Shown: positions 1 to 10,714, numbered from the stretch's first letter. The stretch: 64,000 nt of DNA from an uncultured Methanosarcinaceae archaeon (GCA_963733675.1 CAVTET010000003.1:192001-256000), one strand, 5' to 3'. Numbers and translations: made by a program. The notes: generated by a model not told the origin, from the sequence alone.

Positions 1-520
1 CCTTTCTTGCCACTGCCTGAGCAATCTGCGTTCGAATCCACCTTGCTACTTTTGATCATCTCGTTATGATTCTGCAGTTGTAGAATTTATCAGCATATTG
101 GCATACATTAGGAACGCCTCAAACCATTATGCAAGTTTATCTTCTGAAGGAAAATCCGTGGAATTGCAAATTTCAATAATCAGAGTTGATGTATCAAGTT
201 CCCTAATAATCGGAAATGTTATTGAAATTTCCATTTAGATTTTATGCTTTCTATAAGCATAATTGAAAATTTATGTATCTAAAGCTTCGATATTGTAGTT
301 AAGTTGTTTTATAGATCCAGACATGTCGAGAATCTCAATGCTGCGCTTTGAGATCTATCTGTGTCCAGGATCTCTCTTATCTGAACATTTTTTCTACGAA
401 CATCTGTCGAAGAGGTTTTTATTATCTAAGCAACCCTTTTACCTGAAGAGATTCGTGATATAATTTTTTTGTCATTCTTGTCAAAAATTTCTGTAAACAC
501 ATCATTTAGGTCAATATCTC
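1..520 (-). mobile_element. Degenerate IS110-family transposase remnant, running off the left edge
   Basis: Manual minus-strand translation gives GVPNVCQYADKFYNCRII..SKVARWIRTQIAQAVARK, matching the IS110 C-terminal GLVP..QS...RITKRGSK..RW.L.Q.A motif; stops and frameshifts present; boundaries approximate. Confidence 0.7.
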
Positions 521-1037
521 AGGTAAGAAGTAGAATGACCTTAATTATATATATCTGCTCTTTCTTTATAACTATTCACCTCACCAAAAATTGGTTGGCT
601 GATTCTATTTTGACGTAATATAATCTTTTGATTCCTAGATGATATGTGTGTAAAAAAATGATCAATAGCTTACAGTTAAAGAAAATAAGATTATCAAAAT
701 CTGCTCAGTTAATCATAGTGAAAATGATTATTTGTTTATTCTTCCCAGGTTTAGCAGTTGCCTTTTTTGTACAAGTCTATGGAGAATCTTGACATGAAAA
801 ACTAAATTCGCTATAATATTTTGAAAAATGTTGTATCTGAATCATTTTATTAGCCGAGGTGTGCAATAAATTCTGAATTGACCTTATTTCTATTTTCATG
901 CGTAAAAGCTTTCATATCTAATGTGTTTCAAACTAGAAAATGTAGATGATTTATCTACCATAAGGAGGATCCTTATTTGGGATAAATTACTAGATTTTCT
1001 TTATACAAGCATGCTTTCTTTCAGATTATATCTTTGA

Positions 1038-1205
1038 TTACATTATAAGACATTTATTACCTCTTTTAAATGCCTTTCTAATAATATATTTAAGTTCTTT
1101 GCGCATAGGTCGCTCCTGAAGATATGAATCATGTATATATTTTAGCACAACTCCTGCAATCAAACCCAAAATTATTCCAGCTACTATCCCCATTAATGTT
1201 CCCAT
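1038..1205 (-). CDS. Putative 55-aa single-pass membrane protein (below the ORF-track cutoff)
   Basis: MGTLMGIVAGIILGLIAGVVLKYIHDSYLQERPMRKELKYIIRKAFKRGNKCLIM: a hydrophobic GxxxG-rich helix followed by a basic tail; frame is open up to a CTG at 1238 preceded by GAGGGG. Confidence 0.4.
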   Translation of the reverse strand: MGTLMGIVAGIILGLIAGVVLKYIHDSYLQERPMRKELKYIIRKAFKRGNKCLIM

Positions 1206-1698
1206 TAACAGACTACCATATATATATTTCTCTGTCAGTTTTATACCCCTCTTAATATTCTATTTATTTTTATCAATTAAATTTCAACCTTAAATACATT
1301 AACGGAATTATTTGTTCGCTTTAAAGTAGTTTTTGGTAGGGTATTGGAAATATAAGTGATGTTATGACTTCAAAGTTTTTCAAGTTTTCTTCGCCGATTA
1401 CCCAAGTTAATGTAATTAAATAGTAAGAAAACCATAGGCGAATTTTAGTAAATCATTTTGATATCGATTCTTAATTGAGAAAGATCTTGCAATTTTGGGA
1501 CATACGAATAAGATTGAAGCTTCCAGTTAATTAATTTATCAGGTTTCAATGACTTCCATGAAATATTTGGGTATAAATGTTAAATTATATAAATACAAAC
1601 CAGATCCAACATTTTTACTCTTGAAAGTTATAACCAGCTTGAAAAAAATAACAATGCACTGCTAAGATTCATTTTATTAAGTTATTGGAGGCTTCTTG

Positions 1699-1950
1699 AT
1701 GGATTTGATTATTGATGATGAATTCAAAACATTGATTTCACCTTTATCCACCAATGAATCCCAAATCCTTGAAAAGAGTATACTTAACGAAGGATGTGAA
1801 GATCCATTTGTTTATAATATGACATCATCATATATCGATATAATCTTTGTAAAATTTGTGTAAAAATAAACACTAAAATTCTACACTTTTAAACATACTC
1901 TGATTCACGTTTAGACTCATATTATTAATTAATTACAGATAATTCCAATA
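1699..1950 (+). pseudogene. Relic of a ParB-like N-terminal domain protein (phage/MGE type)
   Basis: GGAGG RBS at 1687-1691, then MDLIIDDEFKTLISPLSTNESQILEKSILNEGCEDPFV; after a frameshift DIIIYRYNLCKIC, resembling the IDPEFKALIPPL..LE.SI..EGCRDPL....IIDGHNRY.IC motif; end approximate. Confidence 0.5.
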
Positions 1951-2489
1951 AACCCCTATATTTTGTCCCATTTTTATAAATAGACATGCCAGATTCTTTA
2001 AAGTAAAAGGTCATTAAAACTTTCTATAACTGAAAAAAACATATCCATTTCTAAATGTAAATTTTTGCGTTTAATCATCTGACATATATATATAGTACTT
2101 AATAAGGGGATGCGGTAGAAATTCTCCTCTATTTCTCTTTTTCTTTGATTCTTTTATTTACTTTGGATTCATGATCGTTCTAGAGATGTATGTGATTGAT
2201 GATAAATCCATTTTTGCAGGTTTTTGATGTATTATTTTTTTTTTGCGGGACAGAATTTAATATAAATAAATTTTATATTTAGTATAATATAGATAAGTAA
2301 ATATATTTCTATATGTATTATATTCTTCAGATAATAATATTCTGACGATACAAATGAAATCATCTTCCTTGATATCTAAGTCGATGATCTAATTTACCAA
2401 TATCGTAGACTCAGGGCTTAATATGGATGATTAATTGGTGAATATTCCTTATGTGATGGATCGCCGACAGGAAGCTGATCGAAAAATCA

Positions 2490-2505
2490 ACAGTCTTAAG
2501 ACTGT
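2490..2505. promoter_or_regulatory. Perfect 16-bp palindrome upstream of the repeat-protein gene; possible operator
   Basis: ACAGTCTTAAGACTGT is its own reverse complement and lies about 20 bp before the AGGAGA RBS. Confidence 0.3.
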
Positions 2506-2539
2506 ATTAAATTGAGCGAAAGTTAGGAGAGTGTTAATA

Positions 2540-3280
2540 ATGGGGAAACAAATTTTTGGAAGAATAAAAAATACATTGACCATCTTGTTGGCAATATCTT
2601 TCATAATACCAATGACAGTTCTATCAGTAAGGGCTGATCAAAGTGATGCATTTGGAGATGAAAATGGAACATATGGCCCCGGATATTTTGGACCTGGAGA
2701 CTTTGGACCTGGAATCTGTGGACCCGGAAACTTTGGACCTGGATACTTCTGTGGACCTGGATACTTTGGACCTGGAACCTGTGGACCCGGAAACATTGGA
2801 CCTGGAAACATTGGAGCTGGAAATATTGGACCTGGAAACGTTGGTTATGAAAACATTGGAGCCGTGAACATTGGAGCTGGAAATGTTGGAGCTGAAAATG
2901 TTGGAGCTGGAAATGTTGGAGCTGGAAACGTTGGAGACGGAAACGTTGGAAATGGAAACTTTGGAAATGGAAACTTTGGAAATGGAAATGTAGGAGCTGG
3001 GAATGTCGGAGCTGGAAACATTGGAGCTGGGAATGTTGGATATGGAAACATTGGAGCTGGAAACATAGGAGCTTTTAACATTGGAGCTAGAAATCTAGGA
3101 GCTGGAAGAGTTGGCGATGGATACTTCGAACAAGGATGTAGTGGGCGCAATGAAGATTTTATACCTAAGAGCCACAGGCACTTAACATCCAAGAGTCACA
3201 AACACAAATCAAAAGTTAGCGGCCACAAGTCAAAAGGGAGTGGGCATAAAACAAAAGGTCACAGTCAAGACAGACATTAA
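2540..3280 (+). CDS. Secreted Gly-rich pentapeptide-repeat protein (GPGXX and GxGN[IVF] repeats, His/Lys/Ser tail)
   Basis: AGGAGA RBS at 2525; basic-hydrophobic signal peptide ending ..LSVRA; 30 five-residue repeats; GTG at 2531 is an alternative start. Confidence 0.85.
   Translation: MGKQIFGRIKNTLTILLAISFIIPMTVLSVRADQSDAFGDENGTYGPGYFGPGDFGPGICGPGNFGPGYFCGPGYFGPGTCGPGNIGPGNIGAGNIGPGNVGYENIGAVNIGAGNVGAENVGAGNVGAGNVGDGNVGNGNFGNGNFGNGNVGAGNVGAGNIGAGNVGYGNIGAGNIGAFNIGARNLGAGRVGDGYFEQGCSGRNEDFIPKSHRHLTSKSHKHKSKVSGHKSKGSGHKTKGHSQDRH
2675..3127 (+). repeat. Coding 15-bp tandem repeat array, 30 units, consensus close to GGAGCTGGAAACGTT
   Basis: Directly visible ggacctggaaac/ggagctggaaat periodicity. 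Confidence 0.9.
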
Positions 3281-3393
3281 GAAAATTGTGATGTAGGGAG
3301 ATTTATTTGCAAACTTGCATTTTAAGAATCCTTTTAAATATCGAGCTTATCACAATAGCCATTTTGCGCTAGTCCTATTCATCTAGCCAACTT

Positions 3394-3520
3394 TTCGCAG
3401 ATGTACCAAGAATGCAAGAGATTATCCAATATGTAAGTAGGTCGAAAATTAGTCTAGTTTTCAATGAATAACAGTGTGTAAATGGGGAAATGAATTCTAC
3501 TTCTGTGTACATCTGTGGAA
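3394..3520. mobile_element. MITE-like element with CAGATGTAC terminal inverted repeats
   Basis: ttcgcagatgtaccaagaa ... ttctgtgtacatctgtggaa; the same end motif recurs at 27785-27811 (reverse) and about 49500. Confidence 0.45.
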
Positions 3521-3749
3521 TGTCTGTTTGAGCACAATTTAAGTATTGATTTGGGATTATAGATTTTGAAAATAACTTTTTTAATTTAAACAGCGCAAAT
3601 TATTGTTTTTCAAAATTATCAGATTGAAATTTTTTAAAATAATATCTTTCATATAATCTGATAATGGAAACGGAATATTGCAAAAAACACATAAATAACA
3701 TTATTTTATTTATAGTATAGATTTTTTACTAAAACGGATAACGATTCTT

Positions 3750-4742
3750 ATGTCTCGAATTGACCCATTCCTCATATCAAAGGCACTCTGGCAGATTGGA
3801 GTCAAAAAGCGTCCTTTTATCCTTTCGCACGCTTTAAATGCCCACTGCAATATGAGCTGTAGTTTTTGTGAGCACTGGAAAAAAGTAGGGGATGAGCCTA
3901 CAATTGAGGAGGTTTTTAGGCTCTTAGATAATGCAAAAGAATTTGGGATAGGGGTTTATAATGCTTGGACTGTAGAACCTCTTCTCCGAAAAGACCTGCC
4001 CGAAATTATGGCTCACGTCAAAGAGCTTGGAATGATAACTTCAATGATCACAAACGGAAAGCTGCTCTATGAAAGAGCTGAAGAGCTTGGAGATGTGGAT
4101 TATCTTTCTGTTTCCGTGGATGGAATAAAGCGATATAAGGAAATCCGGCAGATGGATTTCGAAACATTGATAAAGGGGATAAAAAAAGCCATTAAGTTTA
4201 GAAAACTCCAGAATCAGAAAAACCCTATCCTAATGAATTGCGTACTAATGGGGAAAAATCTTGAGGACATTGAAACTCTTATTTTTCTTGCAAAAGAGCT
4301 GGAACTAAAAGTTTCTTTTGAGCCTATACACAAGTTTCCAGGGATAAGTGAGGAAGTCTGGAAAGATATCGCAATCAGTGATCTCAAAAAGTTTCGTAGC
4401 ACAGTTGACCGTATAATAGAGCTTAAAGAACAAGATTATCCTATCATTAATTCCAAAACATACCTTCGAATGGTCAGAGAAGGGAAAATGAACTATAAAT
4501 GCAGAGCCAGTGGTTTTATTATAGATGTGACTCATGACTACACTCTTGAGACATGCCGCGTGCAAAACGAGCCTCTTGGAAATGTGATGTTGGATGGTCT
4601 TGAGAGTGTATGGAAAAACTCGGAAAGGCGTAGAAGCGAAATTATACAAAATTGTAAAGGTTGTCTTTTTTTTGGATATGTGGAAAATAGCTTGATTCAG
4701 AGCCTCAATCCAGAAGTTTTGATGAATTATGAATGGATTTGA
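3750..4742 (+). CDS. Radical SAM protein with C-terminal Twitch/SPASM-like Cys region
   Basis: CNMSCSFC (CX3CX2C), TNG and SVDG motifs, C-terminal C..C..CKGC. Confidence 0.9.
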   Translation: MSRIDPFLISKALWQIGVKKRPFILSHALNAHCNMSCSFCEHWKKVGDEPTIEEVFRLLDNAKEFGIGVYNAWTVEPLLRKDLPEIMAHVKELGMITSMITNGKLLYERAEELGDVDYLSVSVDGIKRYKEIRQMDFETLIKGIKKAIKFRKLQNQKNPILMNCVLMGKNLEDIETLIFLAKELELKVSFEPIHKFPGISEEVWKDIAISDLKKFRSTVDRIIELKEQDYPIINSKTYLRMVREGKMNYKCRASGFIIDVTHDYTLETCRVQNEPLGNVMLDGLESVWKNSERRRSEIIQNCKGCLFFGYVENSLIQSLNPEVLMNYEWI

Positions 4743-4989
4743 GGGATGGATCTTGGAGTATATAGTTTCGCCAGCAAATTTGTGGTTCAGTAGCCCGAAT
4801 TTTGCTTTGTGAGCATGTAGCCAGTTTCACTTGCGTTGCTATTTCAAGCGAGCTTAAAACAGATTTGAGTTCAAGTTGCGAATAAAAAAACCAAAAACTG
4901 GATTTTTCATGAAATGCATCTTAGAGTCATTTTTATGTCTATTACTTACATTTCTAATAAATTTAAGAATTAAAGTGCATGACTAAACT

Positions 4990-5300
4990 GGTTCCACCTA
5001 TCTTCTTTCAGTCTCCGATGTTCATAATCTCTATCATTTCACTGATTATTCTTATACGTTTATCAACGATAATGCCTCAGTCTCAACAATCTTCCTCTCT
5101 TGAATTTCTCAGATTTTATGTCAAATTTCATCTTCGTACGTTCCATCATTTGTAATCATATGCAGTATAATTTTGGTAATTTTCCTTTCTAGACTAATAA
5201 ATTGCTTTTAGATATCCAATAGGTTTTTCTTCCAATTTAAAAAAAATTTCGTCTACTATTTTTTTCTTACTGCTGCCTGAGCAATTTGTAATAGAACAGT
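4990..5300 (-). mobile_element. Second IS110-family transposase C-terminal relic
   Basis: Minus strand reads LLQIAQAAVRKK..IGYLKA..RKITKIILHMITNDGTYEDE with frameshifts; shares ctgcctgagcaat with the relic at the window start. Confidence 0.55.
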
Positions 5301-5651
5301 GGTTTGATAGTACGAATTCCATTTGGAATGAAACTTCATTTTTTCGTCAAAAGTATTTTCCGGCCATCAAAAATTTCACTAAATTATTTCGGCTTTGTCA
5401 GTTTTTAACCAAGAAGCCTAAAAATGAGGTTTTAATATGAAGTTTTTGTTCCATCTTGGTATTTTGCTATCAAATTATGTCACATAATAAATATTTTCAT
5501 CTTTATATTTGTAATCTATTAAATTAAATCTCAAAAATTTGATCAGACTTTGAAAAAATTAACAATAAGGGGCAACCATAGTCTGGATTTTTATTTTGAT
5601 TTACTTTTAGGTTGTCCTTTCTAAGTTCTTCTTGTAGCTTAAAATAGGTCC

Positions 5652-7100
5652 ATGAGAATACTAACAAATATGAAAATGCAGATTAACGGAAAAGACGTAG
5701 ATTCTTTGAGTGGCGAGTTTATTGATATTTTAAATCCAGCTACTGGTGAATTTATCGATCAAGTTCCTAGGGGCACTAGCGACGATGTGGCAGAAGCTGT
5801 TGAAGCTGCATCGTTAGCTTTTGACAGCTGGGCTTCCAGATCTTCTCAGCAGAGAGCTGGTGTTCTTTATAGGGCTGCAGAAATTGCAAGAAAGAAAAGA
5901 GATGAACTTGCTATTCTGCTTACTAAGGAACAGGGAAAACCTATTGTAGAAGCTAAAAATGAAATAGAGGGTTTTGCGAGCGTCCTTGAATATTATTGTG
6001 GTCTTGCCCATAGTCTTCGAGGGGATTTCATTCAGATCCCTCAAAATGGATATGCTTTTACAGTAAAGAAAGCTCTGGGAGTCTGTGCCGCCATAATTCC
6101 TTGGAACATGCCTGCTCTAATTATGGCCTGGAAAGTCGGTCCTGCTGTTATTTCTGGAAATACGCTTGTATTGAAACCTTCAAGCAACACCCCTCTTACA
6201 AACCTTACCCTTGCTTATATCCTCAGGGAAGCAGGTCTGCCTGCAGGTGTTCTTAATGTAATTACAGGTTCTGGAGAACTTGTGGGAGAACCTCTTGTTA
6301 CCAACCATAAGGTAAAGAAAGTTTCTTTTACAGGGGATCAAGCTACCGGGAAACGTATAGCTGAACTTGCAGTCAGTGAAATAAAAAGAGTAACCTTGGA
6401 GCTAGGAGGGAGCGATCCCATGGTTGTCTGTGACGACGCGGATATTGAAAACGCAGTTATTGGAGCCGTTAGAGGGAGATTTTACAATTGCGGTCAGATT
6501 TGTACTGCTGTAAAGAGGCTGTACGTTTTTGAATCCGTAGCCGAAGAATTTATAAGAAAGTTTGAAGCTGCTATCCAAAAATTAAGGATTGGAAATGGGA
6601 TGTTTGAGAATGTCGATATGGGTCCTCTCAACAACCAAAAGCAATGGGAATATATTAAACGACTTGTAGCCGAGATTGAAGAAAATGATGAGGGTAGAAT
6701 AATTACAGGAGGTAAGGTTGCTGCAAAAAGCGCCTTAAGCAGGGGATATTTTTTTGAACCAACTATTGTTTTAGATGTCCCAAGTAAATCCAGAATTTTA
6801 ACGGAAGAAGTATTTGGTCCTGTGTTGCCTGTCGTAAGAGTCAAGGACCTTGATGAGGCAATTGAAGAGGCAAATAATACTAGTTACGGGCTTGGGGCAT
6901 CCATCTGGACAAAAAATTTAGATCGGGCTCTGTTAGGGTGTGAGCAATTGAATGCAGGAATTATATGGATAAATCAACATCTTAAGGTAACTCCTGAGGT
7001 GTCTTTTGGGGGAATTAAAAAAAGTGGATTCGGAAGAGAGAACGGACCTTATGCTCTTTCTGAATACTTGGATTTAAAAGCTATAATGATAAAAACTTGA
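5652..7100 (+). CDS. NAD(P)-dependent aldehyde dehydrogenase
   Basis: IIPWNMP, LKPS, FTG, LELGG (catalytic Glu), NCGQICTA (catalytic Cys), EEVFGP. Confidence 0.95.
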   Translation: MRILTNMKMQINGKDVDSLSGEFIDILNPATGEFIDQVPRGTSDDVAEAVEAASLAFDSWASRSSQQRAGVLYRAAEIARKKRDELAILLTKEQGKPIVEAKNEIEGFASVLEYYCGLAHSLRGDFIQIPQNGYAFTVKKALGVCAAIIPWNMPALIMAWKVGPAVISGNTLVLKPSSNTPLTNLTLAYILREAGLPAGVLNVITGSGELVGEPLVTNHKVKKVSFTGDQATGKRIAELAVSEIKRVTLELGGSDPMVVCDDADIENAVIGAVRGRFYNCGQICTAVKRLYVFESVAEEFIRKFEAAIQKLRIGNGMFENVDMGPLNNQKQWEYIKRLVAEIEENDEGRIITGGKVAAKSALSRGYFFEPTIVLDVPSKSRILTEEVFGPVLPVVRVKDLDEAIEEANNTSYGLGASIWTKNLDRALLGCEQLNAGIIWINQHLKVTPEVSFGGIKKSGFGRENGPYALSEYLDLKAIMIKT

Positions 7101-7171
7101 ATATAATGCACAAAGACAAAACTTTATCTAATGTTCACTTTTACGAACCACGATATGTGTTATACATTTAT

Positions 7172-7210
7172 GATGAGCCAGTTGAGTTATGGCTCATCGA
7201 CTCTTTTTTT
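7172..7210. terminator. Hairpin plus T-tract between convergent genes
   Basis: GATGAGCCA-9 nt-TGGCTCATC followed by a T run. Confidence 0.45.
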
Positions 7211-7237
7211 AAAAATCATTTCAATAAACTGTGGAGT

Positions 7238-7507
7238 TTAATTTTTATATTTTGGTAGAAGCTGCATGAATTCTGAAGCTTCCATAACGGGCACGCTATC
7301 AATTATACAGATATCTGACCATGGAAGGTTGAAAGCTCCATATGCCTCAGCAGTTTCTGCTTCGTAAAGGATATAATAACGGTTTCCTGAAAGGTCAATC
7401 CACTGGTTAATGATATCGATCCCTTCTGGAACTTTCATTTTCTTAAAGTGTTCAAGAATTTTATCGCGGTTTGAAGGGTCCCAAGTGCTAACATCCATGA
7501 ATAACAT
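7238..7507 (-). CDS. DUF3303-family small protein
   Basis: MLFMDVSTW..P.GI.II.QW.DLSG.R...PW pattern typical of the family; GAGGG upstream. Confidence 0.75.
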   Translation of the reverse strand: MLFMDVSTWDPSNRDKILEHFKKMKVPEGIDIINQWIDLSGNRYYILYEAETAEAYGAFNLPWSDICIIDSVPVMEASEFMQLLPKYKN

Positions 7508-7929
7508 ATTTTATCCCTCTCTATTTTACATGCTGTCCAATACACTTTCCCAGAAACTCGGCAGCTTTTTATAGTATCCAGGATTCTCCTTGAAAGCTCT
7601 CCTTAATACGAAACTAATATTTTACATGTCATGATATTTAACATGCAAGCTATCAAGACACCGATCGAACGTAGAAATTCAGATTTTTTAAATTTGCTTG
7701 TAGTTATATTATCTATCCTTGTCAAAATTGCAATTAATGACAAATTTGGAAAGACAGTTAGTAATGCAGAACTTAATCCTGCATTTACAGACATTTAATT
7801 ATTATCCCTTGGACTATATAATAGTTCGTCTCAAGAAAATATATTGAGTTTAGTAGTTTTTCTTCCATAAAATAATATTGTAATTAAAACCCAAGAAAAA
7901 GCTTCTTCAGAAGATCCAATGTTATCTCA

Positions 7930-8575
7930 ATTATCACTTCTTTTAAATGATTCCAGTTGCAGATTCCAGTTGCAGATTCGATCCTGCTTTAACAGATCCA
8001 TTTATACTTCTCTTTGGGCATTCGGTTGAAGAGAACATTCATGTAAGGTAAAGGCAAGAAGGCTTCACGGTAAACTACATAACCTTTCCAAAATGTTCCT
8101 ACTTATTTTATTACTAAGTATGCATTCATGCGGAAGGGATTTGCCCTGTGATTGTGAACATCTGTACTTGAGAAAACAGGAAATATCTTTCCAATATTTT
8201 TAGATAGCAATCCAAAATTTCTTTTTTTGCATTCAAAGAAATCTTTTCCGTTCTAGAGATCGGAAATTATGTAGATAATGTGTTTTTTATACTCAAAAGA
8301 TATAAGATTAGTTTGTTCAATAACAGCTCCAAAAGACAGATCAGCTTTCCTGCTCAACCATTATTTCCATCTCCAAAAGGCTCTTATTAGGACTTACTTG
8401 GGCACATGCCGTTCTGTGATAATAGATATTTTTAGGATTTTTCGGATGTCTCCACGATTTTCCTTTGTGAGTTTATCCTGTACCCTGGACTCAACAGTTA
8501 AAGTCACCGCATCACATGCTATAAAATACCCTTCGATAATTACTCCGTGTACCTTGTTGTCATCGATCACAATCT
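7930..8575 (-). pseudogene. Possible relic of the C-terminal half of an FAD-dependent oxidoreductase
   Basis: Minus strand reads IVIDDNKVHGVIIEGYFIACDAV... and ..SINGSVKAG; multiple stops; assignment tentative. Confidence 0.3.
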
Positions 8576-8636
8576 AATTTCTTACTCATTTTAGGCTTTT
8601 TAAAGATCGATCATCAAAAATTAAAGTGGCGGAATC

Positions 8637-9170
8637 CTAATTGAGAGCTCTGAGAATTTCATCCGTTTTGCGTACCATGCCGATTCTTTTGAATATGAAG
8701 TTCACTGCTGCATTGTGCTGTTCCTCGGATCTGGAGGCCATAGCGTCCTCGGCAAAAATCTGGCGAAATCCGTACTCGTAGGCAAACCTTGCTGTACTCT
8801 CAACGTCAAAATCTGTTGCAATTCCACAGAGCACGATCGTATCAATCCCACGTCTCCGTAGCTGGAGTTCTAGATCGGTTCCGTAAAATGCTCCCCATTG
8901 CTTTTTAGTGATAACGATATCATTTGAAATTGGAGCAATTTCAGGTACAAATTCAGACCAATCTGGAGAAGGGGTTGCAGGATGGGAGAATGATTCGTCG
9001 CTTTCGGGGTTGAGAATCGTTGCTTTTGTTATTACGACATGAACAAGGAATACTAACATCATGTTTTCTCTGAATGTGTTCACTAGCTTTGCAGCCTTTT
9101 TGATAATATCTTTCGCAGAATAGGGCTTTGTTGTCTGTGAGGTTATACCTTTCTGCAGATCTATTACCAC
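8637..9170 (-). CDS. Isochorismatase-family hydrolase (YecD-like); native start region disrupted
   Basis: (KTAL)VVIDLQKG, KKQWGAFYGTDL, GIATDFDVESTAR; conserved sequence continues upstream in frame to a TAG at 9204-9206. Confidence 0.85.
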   Translation of the reverse strand: MVIDLQKGITSQTTKPYSAKDIIKKAAKLVNTFRENMMLVFLVHVVITKATILNPESDESFSHPATPSPDWSEFVPEIAPISNDIVITKKQWGAFYGTDLELQLRRRGIDTIVLCGIATDFDVESTARFAYEYGFRQIFAEDAMASRSEEQHNAAVNFIFKRIGMVRKTDEILRALN

Positions 9171-10507
9171 AAGGGCTGTTTTAGTTTTATCAATAACTAG
9201 TTCCTACAGATCATCACCAATCTGCATTAGCATTAGGTTATATTTATTCACTATGGTGATAGATCATGTATCGTTGATCAGAAAATGTAAGTTGGCTATG
9301 ATTGAGTTCTGAAATACTTGAGATTGTTTTGAAAACATTTTATAATCCAAAATTTGATGAGAGATACTCATACCATAAAAGAAAAGTACTCTCCCTTTTT
9401 GAAGCACATGCTTATGATGAATAACTGGAGATTATAAAAACATCCAATATGGCGTAGATTTCAACTTTTAGAGGTTTATATCCTTCAAATTTATACCTTT
9501 CTTTAAGTCGCCTAAGATACTGTTAAAATTCATTCAATGTCATTCAGTCTACCTATATACAAACGTTTAACTGAGAGCTGGATCACTAATCTGTAATTTA
9601 TTTAGAGAGTCTACGAAGTGTAAATTCATGCAGGTTAAACACGAATGATGACATGGAGCAGTAAATTTGATCCTTAATATCGATTTTTCGATTATTTAGA
9701 AGAGTCTCACAATATTTTTTTATTTCATCAGTAAGTGATTGGTTATAAGTTCTGATTCCTATGTAGAGCAATGATTTAGTAAACAAACTACTTTCATAAC
9801 AAAGAAGAAATTTAAATAGTGCTGTTAATTTGTTCGTTGATTTTTTTTCTCAGAATGAACTAATTAACCTCTGTTAAAATTTCTCGAATAAAAGATGAAA
9901 TATAATTGGTTTTTGAAATAATATATATGTTTGAATGTATACGAGAAACCTGAAAATAAGAGATGATTCATTCAAAAAGCTATTCAAAAAAGAGTAATAT
10001 GTGAAAAAAATGGTTATATTGATATGTAATATTTGATGTAAGTAGTGTAAGAAAGAAGATTCGAAAATTCTACTCAATAATGAATTTCGTTGCATAGCAA
10101 CTAGTGATCCTTATGGAATTTCAAAACAATGTTTAAAAAAAATTATTTGGAGGATTCTAAAAAAATAACTTTCAAGTTAGATAACGGATTTTAAGAGCTA
10201 ATTTGAGATCTCTAATATTTCTCGTTTTTTAGGAAAAACTCAATGCTAAATTTATGGAGAGCCCTGAAAATAATAAAACATAATAATCATTGATAAGTTA
10301 TTTGATTTTAATAATTTTAATTCGGAAGAAACTTTTGTTCAGAAACTATTTTTTTATTTTTAATTTAAAATAACTGGGTGATGATGTGTAATTATCCAGA
10401 GAGTTAATAGGTCAAAAAATTGGCTTTTAAGGAAGTTTTCTAGAAAATACGATAGAAACCGTAAAAATTTAATTCATGAACTCTTGAGTTTAAATTTTTT
10501 TTATAAT

Positions 10508-10623
10508 AGGAATTATGCAATTGAATTGTAAAAGTCAAGTACAATTAGATGTTGAGATCTAAACTTATATTTTAGAAATTGAAGGTTTAATGAATTGATT
10601 TTTCAGTTTAACTGCATAAGTCC
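10508..10623. mobile_element. MITE-like element of about 116 bp with about 30-bp imperfect TIRs
   Basis: Left aggaattatgcaattgaattgtaaaagtcaa versus reverse complement of right end gggacttatgcagttaaactgaaaaatcaat; more degenerate copy at about 13339-13459. Confidence 0.5.
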
Positions 10624-10714
10624 CATATTGTTTATCTCCAGACAGCCATTTAATTTTTGGCTAATCTCTATACGTTCTTACTAAATTTGATAGCATTCAA
10701 TTGCTTTGTCAGTC

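Noticed and set aside
2675-3127. Possible CRISPR array or DGR template in the repeat regions (also 46620-47327 and 62448-63836)
   Set aside because: Repeats are contiguous 15-bp coding units with no unique spacers; no cas or reverse transcriptase gene in the window
2643-3192. Alternative-frame and antisense ORFs (LDLET and FPAPT repeats)
   Set aside because: Shadows of the 15-bp coding repeat; only the 2540 frame has an RBS and a signal peptide
5567-5619. 11-bp inverted repeat upstream of the aldehyde dehydrogenase gene
   Set aside because: Short and imperfect with a long AT-rich loop; cannot be distinguished from chance or a MITE scar
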